Positions 27,512-34,069 of a stretch of DNA of 34,653 nucleotides are shown here, in pieces. Position 1 is the first letter of the stretch. The number at the start of each line of letters is the position of its first letter. Made by a program: the position numbers and the translations under genes. The notes below the pieces were generated by a model, which was given only the letters and a program-made list of their open reading frames with translations, searched no databases and was not told the DNA's origin. The stretch comes from a virus (taxonomy: Duplodnaviria; Caudoviricetes). The DNA is taken from positions 1-34,653 of IMG/VR virus record IMGVR_UViG_3300006428_000005. One strand, 5' to 3'.

Positions 27512-27903
27512 ACGAGGCCCTCCTTCAGCAGCGAATACGCTTTTTGAAGCATATCCACATCAAAATACCCGAAGTGGCATTCTTCTTCCGGGATACCGAG
27601 CCGCTCAGACAGCCAGTGATAAGCCTTGCGGCGAGGATTTTGACTGCTACCTTTGCTCGGCTTGCCCTTCCACCTGGCGTCGAAAAGGCTGTGGCAAGCC
27701 ATCTTCATATTTCGCATCTCCTTGTTGGAGAGAATCCCAAGTGCTTCTCTCGGCCGCGGTTCATGGGTGCCAACGTAGGCCCCGCACTTCGTGCAGAGAT
27801 AGCACATGCCGCTTCCGTATTCGCGGCCATATACCGCAGCGTTTGATGTATAGATAACCTTGCCTCCGCAGATATTGCAGGTTGTAGGATGCAGATCAAT
27901 CAT
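27508..27903 (-). CDS. Zinc-finger protein, DUF3268-like
   Basis: CNICGG...C..CGAYVGTH...ALG...H..FD..W...AY.WL...LGI....CHFG. Confidence 0.8.
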   Translation of the reverse strand: MIDLHPTTCNICGGKVIYTSNAAVYGREYGSGMCYLCTKCGAYVGTHEPRPREALGILSNKEMRNMKMACHSLFDARWKGKPSKGSSQNPRRKAYHWLSERLGIPEEECHFGYFDVDMLQKAYSLLKEGLV

Positions 27904-28122
27904 TCATTCTCGGCCCCTCTCGTTGGCGGTTTCATCCCAGGCGTCGACGGTGGAAATGCAGTTGTCGCAGCCGACGATATCGCCGTCGTTGTTCTTGTAA
28001 AAAGTGTCGGTCTCCTCGCCACACACAGGGCAACGGGGGAAGCTCGGCTCCTTGCCGTCCGGATAACCTGTGCGCTCCATATTGCGAATGATCGGGTCCT
28101 CTGGAATATCATGCGGGTTCAT
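27904..28122 (-). CDS. Small zinc-ribbon protein
   Basis: PIIRNMERTGYPDG...CPVCG...GCDNC. Confidence 0.75.
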   Translation of the reverse strand: MNPHDIPEDPIIRNMERTGYPDGKEPSFPRCPVCGEETDTFYKNNDGDIVGCDNCISTVDAWDETANERGRE

Positions 28123-28835
28123 GCTTGTCCGCGTTCTTTCCAGTTGACCCCGCAGATCTGGCAAGCCGCATACAGCGCGTTCAGGCTGCGAAGCCGCTGC
28201 CACGCCTTGACCGACGGTGCCCAGCGAAAACCGTTCGATTTGAGCTTTTGCGTCATGGCGTCATCCTGCCGTTCATCAAAGCGGATCATTACCCGGTTGG
28301 TGGTGGGGTCGCTCTCGATCTCGCCGCCATCAAACCGGATCTGCTCCGCAGGCATGCTGTCGACGCGCTCCAGCTTGGTGATGCGCTCTTTTGCGGCCTT
28401 GATGTCCCGGCCGAGATACGGAAGGGTGTACCAAGGCGCCGGTTCGGTTCCGTTCTTCCTCGCCTCTTTATTAAAGGCCTTAACCCGTTCCCTCTCAGCT
28501 TCCAGCCTTTCGACCTTCTCCCGGAGCTTATCGATCGCGGCCGGATCGTCCGAGGAAATCGCGCTGTTGCTCTCTGCTGCCTCGGCGCGGTCGGCGTAAT
28601 AGTCGGATTTGCCGGATAGCTCAATGGACTTGTCCATCAGCTTTGCGCTCTTGGCCCTCAGATTCGGGAGTGCAGGCCGGCCGATGATGTTAGGCTGCCC
28701 GAGCGGGATATCCTTCACGAGATCGAAACTTCTCTTGCTTGCCGCATCTGATTCTTTTGATGCCTTATAGGCTGCGTCGTTCAGTCGGTCGATCCTGGCT
28801 TGACGACGCTCTTCGTAATCTTCTCTTCCTGGCAT
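28119..28835 (-). CDS. DUF3560-like protein
   Basis: YEERRQARIDR, IPLGQP, ISSDDP.A..KL, LKSNGFRWAPS..AWQR. Confidence 0.8.
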   Translation of the reverse strand: MPGREDYEERRQARIDRLNDAAYKASKESDAASKRSFDLVKDIPLGQPNIIGRPALPNLRAKSAKLMDKSIELSGKSDYYADRAEAAESNSAISSDDPAAIDKLREKVERLEAERERVKAFNKEARKNGTEPAPWYTLPYLGRDIKAAKERITKLERVDSMPAEQIRFDGGEIESDPTTNRVMIRFDERQDDAMTQKLKSNGFRWAPSVKAWQRLRSLNALYAACQICGVNWKERGQA

Positions 28836-29263
28836 ATTGCGTCTCTCCTTTGTTCAAAATCTGCGATATATTGCCTGACCTGATAGGTGAGCCAGTCCTG
28901 CATGGTATCAAACCCATCGGACCGGACAAGCCGTTGCAACTGCTCATACTCGTCATCTTCAAGGCGGCATGATATGCGGCATTTCAGGCGATGGCCACCG
29001 GATTTGTGCTTTTTAGCGGTTGGTTCGGAATTGGCTTGCTGTGAAGTGTCCTCAGGTTTCCGAGGCTGCGCGGCAGGATACTTCATAAACAATGCTTCGT
29101 AGCCGTCAGGATGGAGTACTACGCCGTATTTCTCCGGCTTTGAGCATTTGGAAAGCAGCGTCTTGTCGAAACTGGGGAAGCGGGCCTTGACCACGCGGAC
29201 GGCTTCCTTCGGCGCAATGCCTCCGGCCGATAGCGTTTCTTTCAGGTCGTCCATCGGTTGCAC
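28781..29263 (-). CDS. Putative DNA-binding protein with C-terminal ribbon-helix-helix-like region
   Basis: FDKTLLSKC..PEKYG; RISCRLEDDEYEQLQRLV...TMQDWL. Confidence 0.7.
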   Translation of the reverse strand: MQPMDDLKETLSAGGIAPKEAVRVVKARFPSFDKTLLSKCSKPEKYGVVLHPDGYEALFMKYPAAQPRKPEDTSQQANSEPTAKKHKSGGHRLKCRISCRLEDDEYEQLQRLVRSDGFDTMQDWLTYQVRQYIADFEQRRDAICQEEKITKSVVKPGSTD

Positions 29264-29409
29264 CGCCTCTCCTGATTGACAGCTGCGCGCGATACTGATA
29301 TGATGCTGACAGGTTTATTTGCCCGGGGTCGTGTCTGTGACAGCAGCACGGCCTCTTCTTTTTTTGCGATCATACCGATCATTTTGAGGGGAATAACAAC
29401 TCCTTTCAT
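29242..29409 (-). CDS. Small hypothetical ORF (55 aa) overlapping the antisense RNA unit
   Basis: SD AAAGGAG before MKGVVIPLKM. Confidence 0.4.
   Translation of the reverse strand: MKGVVIPLKMIGMIAKKEEAVLLSQTRPRANKPVSIISVSRAAVNQERRCNRWTT
29276..29304 (+). promoter_or_regulatory. Near-consensus sigmaA promoter, antisense to the lytic operon
   Basis: TTGACA (29276-81), 17-bp spacer, TGnTATGAT (-10 at 29299-304). Confidence 0.75.
29311..29365 (+). ncRNA. Putative antisense small RNA of about 55 nt
   Basis: Lies between the promoter above and hairpin GGGGUCGUG/CACGGCCUC followed by UUCUUUUUUU. Confidence 0.55.
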
Positions 29410-29448
29410 CTTGTGTGCTCCTTTCATTAGGTTAGCTCCGTTGCTTTG

Positions 29449-29646
29449 TTATTTGCCGCTGTGATTGCTTTCAGCTTCTCCGCTTGCAGCCGCTTTTTTG
29501 GCCATCCGCGCCGCTGTCTTGGCGTCCAAGGCTTCACGCCCCCCTGGAGTAGCCAGAATCGTTTTGAGAAGCTTAATCGTCCCGTCGGAAAGTCTGTCAA
29601 TGGCGGGTTGCGGCATTTTGCCGATATCTATGTAGGTCGTGTCCAT
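29449..29646 (-). CDS. Small hypothetical protein after cro
   Basis: 65 aa; SD AGGAGG. Confidence 0.75.
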   Translation of the reverse strand: MDTTYIDIGKMPQPAIDRLSDGTIKLLKTILATPGGREALDAKTAARMAKKAAASGEAESNHSGK

Positions 29647-29675
29647 GTCCGCCTCCTCCTATGGCGTTTAACCGA

Positions 29676-29876
29676 TTACACACAATCGGCAAAAAAAATC
29701 TTGTCCACCGTAGTGTTCAAGGCCTGTGCAAGTTTGACCAGCGTTTTGGTAGAAACTGCTCTTTTAGTACCGTTTTCAAGGGCGGATACCGTGCCGCGGC
29801 TGATGCCGCTTTTTTCGCAGAGTTCCTCCTGAGACATTTTGAGGGCGACCCTGACTTCCTTGATTCTGTACCCCAT
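29676..29876 (-). CDS. Cro-like XRE HTH regulator
   Basis: IKEVRVALKMSQEELCEKSGISRGTVSALENG; SD AAGGAGG; divergent from the repressor. Confidence 0.9.
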   Translation of the reverse strand: MGYRIKEVRVALKMSQEELCEKSGISRGTVSALENGTKRAVSTKTLVKLAQALNTTVDKIFFADCV

Positions 29877-29919
29877 GTAGTTACCTCCTTTCAAAATGTT
29901 TAATCGGCTGCACAGTCAC

Positions 29920-29948
29920 ATAGTACATCGCAAATTCTCACGTGTCAA
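29920..29948 (-). promoter_or_regulatory. Lytic (leftward) promoter
   Basis: Minus strand TTGACA, 17-bp spacer, TACTAT. Confidence 0.8.
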
Positions 29949-29990
29949 GAGGATTGCACAAACTGTGTTCAATTTATTTCACAAATACGA

Positions 29991-30020
29991 TTGACATAGC
30001 AAAGGGCAAGAATGTATAAT
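29991..30020 (+). promoter_or_regulatory. Repressor (rightward) promoter
   Basis: TTGACA, 18-bp spacer, TATAAT. Confidence 0.8.
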
Positions 30021-30049
30021 GGATTGAACGTAGCGAGGAGGAATTCAGT

Positions 30050-30448
30050 GTGGATTTGCGAAATTTTATAATTAAATACAGGGCTGAACACGGCCTTTCG
30101 CAGCGCCAGTTTTCTGAAGCGTGTGGTATGTCGAATGGTTATATATCAATGATTGAACGCGGTGAAAATCCAAAGACTAAGCTGCCTGTAACTCCGACGC
30201 TTACGGCCTTAAAGAAGATGGCTTCTGGTATGGGGATGACTCTGTCTGCGTTGCTTACAGAGGTTGATGATATGGATGTTAATCTAATCGATAATTCGTC
30301 CAAAAAAAAGACCGCCCTCAACATGGAGGGCGGTCTGATGAATGACGCTGATTCTGAAATTGTCAGCATTATTTTATCTCTGTCTCAGGATAAAAAGGCA
30401 GAGGCTCTTCGCTATCTTCGTTATCTTGCAAAGAGCGAAGATATGTAA
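30050..30448 (+). CDS. CI-like XRE repressor with short helical C-terminal domain (no S24 peptidase)
   Basis: GLSQRQFSEACGMSNGYISMIERG HTH; GTG start with GAGGAGG SD. Confidence 0.9.
   Translation: MDLRNFIIKYRAEHGLSQRQFSEACGMSNGYISMIERGENPKTKLPVTPTLTALKKMASGMGMTLSALLTEVDDMDVNLIDNSSKKKTALNMEGGLMNDADSEIVSIILSLSQDKKAEALRYLRYLAKSEDM
30302..30336 (-). terminator. Intrinsic terminator on the minus strand, inside the repressor gene
   Basis: Perfect 11-bp stem AGACCGCCCTC/GAGGGCGGTCT running into a U-tract on the minus strand (A8 at 30302-30309 on plus). Confidence 0.8.
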
Positions 30449-30524
30449 ATAGCGCACATTTACTGTCCGCCGGCACATCTTCGAGAAGGCGCAGTAGTTC
30501 CAGGACTTTCTTACTTGATGCCAT
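30369..30524 (-). CDS. 51-aa protein resembling the repressor C-terminal domain (SinI-like antirepressor candidate; not in the ORF track)
   Basis: MASSKKVLELLRLLEDVPADSKCALFTYLRSLQDNEDSEEPLPFYPETEIK*; SD AAAGGA; extended -10 upstream; terminator downstream. Confidence 0.75.
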   Translation of the reverse strand: MASSKKVLELLRLLEDVPADSKCALFTYLRSLQDNEDSEEPLPFYPETEIK

Positions 30525-30564
30525 ATTCGCCGATCCTTTCTTTTATTCTGCCGGCAGTGTAATT

Positions 30565-30593
30565 AGTGTACCACGGTTTTAGATTTCTTGCAG
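30565..30593 (-). promoter_or_regulatory. Putative extended -10 promoter for the 51-aa gene
   Basis: Minus strand CTGCAA, 17-bp spacer, TACACT with TGn extension. Confidence 0.5.
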
Positions 30594-30691
30594 CGAAAAG
30601 ATAATTAATCACTTTCGACTGACATCGACAAGTGCTATCCTGTATATGGAAACTCATGTGGCATTTGAAATTGACAGGGGAGGACTTCAAC

Positions 30692-30949
30692 ATGATTATT
30701 TCGACAGCATTTTCTATCGAAGGGAAAAGCATCAGCGAGTATCTCGGGGTTGTCTCTGCCGCCCAAGTCATGGTTATGCCGGGCGGGAACAAGGCCGTTC
30801 AGCGCGGCTGGCAGAACGGGGTAGAGGGAACCACGGAAATCATGAGGCAGCAGGCTGCGCAGCTCGGGGCCGATGCCGTGATTGCTGTACGTTATGAGCC
30901 GTTCGGGAGCAATATTTGCGCGACAGGAACGGCGGTTCGTCTTGAATGA
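30692..30949 (+). CDS. YbjQ/UPF0145-like protein (short, 85 aa)
   Basis: MIIST..SIEGKSISEYLGVV...AAQLGADAVIAVRYE...ATGTAV; SD GGAGG. Confidence 0.85.
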   Translation: MIISTAFSIEGKSISEYLGVVSAAQVMVMPGGNKAVQRGWQNGVEGTTEIMRQQAAQLGADAVIAVRYEPFGSNICATGTAVRLE

Positions 30950-31212
30950 GCGACAGACTTTCCGAGCTGGACCGAATCCTTCACTCTGGAGGGAGCGCCG
31001 TATTCACCGGAAATTCGCCAACAGCTGAACGGACGGTCATGATGGAGGTTTTTGAAGCTCTCGGTATGCGTGTTTCAGCAAGCGTGTCCGTAAAAACAGG
31101 CTGTCTCATAATTGGAACTGATGCGAAGCAGGAAAAGGTCGACAAGGCAGCATCGCTTGGGGTTCCAACATTCACAGAGGATGAGTTTTGGGCCGTCGTG
31201 CTGTCCAAATAA
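30946..31212 (+). CDS. Stand-alone BRCT domain protein
   Basis: AVFTG...R......EALG.RVSASVSVKT..LIIG.....KVDKA..LGVP..TEDEF, as in the NAD-ligase BRCT domain. Confidence 0.85.
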   Translation: MSDRLSELDRILHSGGSAVFTGNSPTAERTVMMEVFEALGMRVSASVSVKTGCLIIGTDAKQEKVDKAASLGVPTFTEDEFWAVVLSK

Positions 31213-31276
31213 GCAGCAGATTGGCGGCACGTTGTAATTGGGACATATGGCTCTGCAATGTGGGAGGTGACGCCGA

Positions 31277-32986
31277 TTGGCGGCAAAGAAAAAGCAGACC
31301 AAAAATCCGCAAGAGCAGGAGCCCGGCGTCATTTACGCTCGGTATTCCAGCCACGCGCAAAAGGATGCATCTATTGAGCAGCAGGTCGAGGAGTGCGAGA
31401 AATACGCTCGGGAAATCGGGCTACACATTGTAGGAACATACTCTGACCGCGCCATTTCCGGAAAGACCGATCGGCGTGCCGACTTCCAGCGGATGATGCG
31501 CGACGCCGAGAAAGGCAAATTCAAGTATGTCATCGCGTGGAAATCAAACCGCATGGGGCGGAATATGCTCCAGGCCATGATGAACGAAGCAAAGCTTCAG
31601 GACTTGGGAATCCGTGTCCTCTACACCGAGGAGGACTTCGACGACACGGCCGCCGGTCGCTTTGCGCTCCGCTCCATGATGAACGTCAACCAGTTTTACA
31701 GCGAAAATATGGCCGAAGACATCAAACGAGGTCTTTATGACAACGCCGCCAATTGCAAGGTGGCAAACGGCCACCTTCCATACGGGTATAAATCTGATGA
31801 AGATTTGAAATATGTGCTCGACGAACCACAGGCCGCTGTGGTACAGGAGATATATGCCCGCGTTTCTTGCGGAGAACCCATCGTCGATATCTATACTGAT
31901 TTGAACGGTCGTGGGCTGACGACTTCGCTAGGGAATCCGTGGGGCAGAAGCAGCTTCAACAAGCTGCTGTCGAACGAGCGGTACCTTGGGATCTATATTT
32001 ACGGAGATGTCCGCATTGAGGGTGGCGTTCCTCGAATCATCAGCGACGAGTTGTTCTACAAGGTGCAGGAGGTGTTAAAGACGAAAAAGAACGCTAGGGG
32101 TCGCCATCGAAACGATGCTGCTGATTATCTGCTTACCGGAAAGTTATATTGCGGTCATTGCAAAAGCCCCATGACCGGGATTTCCGGTACCAGCCGAACG
32201 GGCGCCTTGCATTACTATTATGTTTGCCAAAAGAAACGGCAGGAAAAGGATTGTGAGAAGAAGAACGTTAAGCGTGACGAAATTGAGTTGCAGCTTGCAA
32301 AGGCGATAAAGGAATACTGCCTGACCGATGAGCTAATCGAATGGTACGCCGACCAAACCGTTGGGTATTTTAAGCGGCAGTCTGAAACCGACCACATCAA
32401 AGGGCTGGAGGACGAGTTGGCCGACACGCAGCGCAGCATAAAGAACACGCTTAAAGCTATTGATGCCGGTATCATCACCGAAAGTACCAGAGCTCACCTT
32501 ATGGAGTTGGAGGCAAAGCAGTCGAAGCTCACAGGAATCATCTCCTCATCCAAAGCCGATATTGTGCAGGTCGACCGCGAGGACCTTATCAGCAGCATGG
32601 AAATGGCGAGGGACGGTGACATCCATGATAAGAAATACCAAGCACTCCTGTTTGACACCTTCCTCATACGTGTCTATTTGTACGACGACGATCTGGAACT
32701 CATATTCAGTTGCCCCGGCGTAAAGAACTCAATAAGAATCCCGCTGGATGCCTCAGTCGTAGAAAATGCAGAAGCAACAGCCACTTCAAAGGTTCGTTTA
32801 AGCTCCGCTTTGAGCCACCAGAAAATCCCTGTAACTGCAATGGTTACAGGGATTTTAATTTTATTGATAACACGCTTAAAAGCACATTTTATCCGAGAAC
32901 TTTATCAAAATACGCTGCAATTGAGTAATTGGTTGCAGCGTATTTTGATCGCTGACTCAATATTCTTTTTTAATGATAAAAAATGA
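31277..32986 (+). CDS. Large serine recombinase (integrase); ORF reads through the att junction
   Basis: YARYSS catalytic motif, recombinase domain, CGHC...YYVC...C zinc ribbon, coiled coil; TTG start with GGAGGTG. Confidence 0.96.
   Translation: MAAKKKQTKNPQEQEPGVIYARYSSHAQKDASIEQQVEECEKYAREIGLHIVGTYSDRAISGKTDRRADFQRMMRDAEKGKFKYVIAWKSNRMGRNMLQAMMNEAKLQDLGIRVLYTEEDFDDTAAGRFALRSMMNVNQFYSENMAEDIKRGLYDNAANCKVANGHLPYGYKSDEDLKYVLDEPQAAVVQEIYARVSCGEPIVDIYTDLNGRGLTTSLGNPWGRSSFNKLLSNERYLGIYIYGDVRIEGGVPRIISDELFYKVQEVLKTKKNARGRHRNDAADYLLTGKLYCGHCKSPMTGISGTSRTGALHYYYVCQKKRQEKDCEKKNVKRDEIELQLAKAIKEYCLTDELIEWYADQTVGYFKRQSETDHIKGLEDELADTQRSIKNTLKAIDAGIITESTRAHLMELEAKQSKLTGIISSSKADIVQVDREDLISSMEMARDGDIHDKKYQALLFDTFLIRVYLYDDDLELIFSCPGVKNSIRIPLDASVVENAEATATSKVRLSSALSHQKIPVTAMVTGILILLITRLKAHFIRELYQNTLQLSNWLQRILIADSIFFFNDKK
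32788..32825 (+). other. Putative prophage att junction resembling a tRNA 3' end
   Basis: AAAGGTTCG-N20-ACCAGAAAA, containing ...GAGCCACCA; composition changes after it. Confidence 0.7.
32822..32862. terminator. Bidirectional intrinsic terminator
   Basis: Perfect 14-bp inverted repeat AAAATCCCTGTAAC/GTTACAGGGATTTT followed by AT-rich sequence. Confidence 0.8.
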
Positions 32987-33421
32987 ACCACGGATTGTTC
33001 CAGCCAGTTTAGATTTCTGCCTTGCAAACTTAAACTTCTCTTCCAGCTCCTTCGGAACTTCCATACCTTCGGAAAGTTTCAGGCCAACGGCACGCTTCTT
33101 TGGATCATCAAGGGAGTACATAACGTTTATCTCGAGACCGTCTTCATAAAATACATGCGCCATTTTAAAATTCTCCACTTGAAAACTTGAAGTTTCTAAT
33201 GGTTTAGCCGCAAACTCAATATGCCGTTCATCTTTCAAAATTCGATTGACATATTCTATGGTCTCTTGACTTTCACTCGCTGGAACAACTACGAATTCAT
33301 GCTTATATTTATTCATGTAGTAGCGGGCCTCATTTGCACGTAAACCGGCAAGCGCCTCCGCCACAGGCGACGACTCCAAACCAGTTGTGGACACATTTTT
33401 AAAATCAACGATATAGGCCAT
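32957..33421 (-). CDS. Hypothetical protein (154 aa)
   Basis: SD AAGGAG; protein-like composition; function not recognised. Confidence 0.8.
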   Translation of the reverse strand: MAYIVDFKNVSTTGLESSPVAEALAGLRANEARYYMNKYKHEFVVVPASESQETIEYVNRILKDERHIEFAAKPLETSSFQVENFKMAHVFYEDGLEINVMYSLDDPKKRAVGLKLSEGMEVPKELEEKFKFARQKSKLAGTIRGSFFIIKKEY

Positions 33422-33632
33422 GATTATCTCTCCTTTTCTTGATTTTTTATAATCTGATGGTGCGAATCCAGCAATGTTAGTATTATAGACATACCCGGAG
33501 GGTTTTGTAAGATCTGCATTAAATTATTGATCATTTTTACAGAATAATACAGTTCCCGGCTATTGGCAATGGTTGGAGAAAAATTATAAGCTTTGAATAT
33601 TATGGTCACCGCAAACCCGCCTGCAAAGCATA

Positions 33633-33670
33633 AAAGGTTCGCGTTTGGGTTAGTTGCCTCTACCAGAAAA
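33633..33670 (+). other. Second att-like site (probable relic junction)
   Basis: Same AAAGGTTCG-N20-ACCAGAAAA architecture as 32788-32825. Confidence 0.55.
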
Positions 33671-33677
33671 GAGAACC

Positions 33678-33706
33678 GCCAAGCCGTAAAGGCTTGGCAG
33701 TTTTTC
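33678..33706 (+). terminator. Intrinsic terminator
   Basis: GCCAAGCC-GTAAA-GGCTTGGC followed by AGTTTTT. Confidence 0.65.
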
Positions 33707-33865
33707 ATTACGCTTCGATCTATAGAGGAGGGAGAGAAAAGAAGATGAAAAGATTCTTGCACCTCGCCGGTGGCTCATTCCTTTGAGGATGCCGATATCA
33801 TATCTTGGAAATTTAAAAAGAATCTTAAATCTTGATCATAAGAGCGATATTCTTTGCGGAGAATA

Positions 33866-33895
33866 TTGACTTTTTAAATGAGGCATAGGTATACT
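33866..33895 (+). promoter_or_regulatory. sigmaA promoter for the riboswitch leader
   Basis: TTGACT, 18-bp spacer, TATACT. Confidence 0.65.
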
Positions 33896-33908
33896 CAATA
33901 ACAGAGAT

Positions 33909-33999
33909 ATCTCCGATAATAGCAAACCTGGTGAAAGCCAGGGACGCAAAGCCACGGGTCTAAGGCAGTTTGCTACGATCGCCGGGCTACCGAAGAGGT
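33909..33999 (+). ncRNA. GEMM-I (c-di-GMP-I family) riboswitch, A20 variant
   Basis: AGCAAACC-TGGT-GAAA-GCCA-GGGACGCAAAGCCACGGGTCTAAG...GCCGGGCTACCGA matches the GEMM-I consensus with GAAA tetraloop and receptor. Confidence 0.93.
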
Positions 34000-34010
34000 C
34001 ACAGAGTTTT

Positions 34011-34048
34011 AAAACTGTGTGCCAATTCGGCATACAGTTTTTTGTTTT
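34011..34048 (+). terminator. Riboswitch expression-platform terminator
   Basis: AAAACTGTGTGCC/GGCATACAGTTTT stem plus U-rich tail; competing hairpin at 34000-34021. Confidence 0.8.
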
Positions 34049-34069
34049 ATTACGGAAAGGAAATGAGAA

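Larger units (their letters stand above)
29897..30030. promoter_or_regulatory. Four 18-bp pseudo-palindromic operators (consensus TGTTCAATCGATTGAACA); a fifth copy at 29665-29682
   Basis: 29897 TGTTTAATCGGCTGCACA; 29943 TGTCAAGAGGATTGCACA; 29966 TGTTCAATTTATTTCACA; 30013 TGTATAATGGATTGAACG. Confidence 0.7.
1..32820. mobile_element. Integrated temperate prophage (lambda-like head, contractile tail, serine integrase); left end lies outside the window
   Basis: Ordered tail/head/packaging/replication/immunity/integrase modules; att-like junction at about 32791-32820 followed by more AT-rich DNA. Confidence 0.96.

Noticed and set aside
30511-30792. 93-aa minus-strand ORF
   Set aside because: Overlaps the YbjQ-like gene and promoter region; the SD-supported small gene is in a different frame (30369-30524)
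32750-32820. Intact tRNA gene at the att site, and a specific tRNA-Phe assignment from GAGCCACCA
   Set aside because: No cloverleaf can be formed; bases left of the crossover are probably phage-derived, so the tRNA identity cannot be fixed
33585-33700. Purine-riboswitch-like words (TCTACC, CCGTAAA)
   Set aside because: Spacing and P2/P3 pairing do not fit; better explained as an att-like site plus terminator
33424-33762. 112-aa minus-strand ORF
   Set aside because: Spans the att-like site and terminator; no SD or recognisable features
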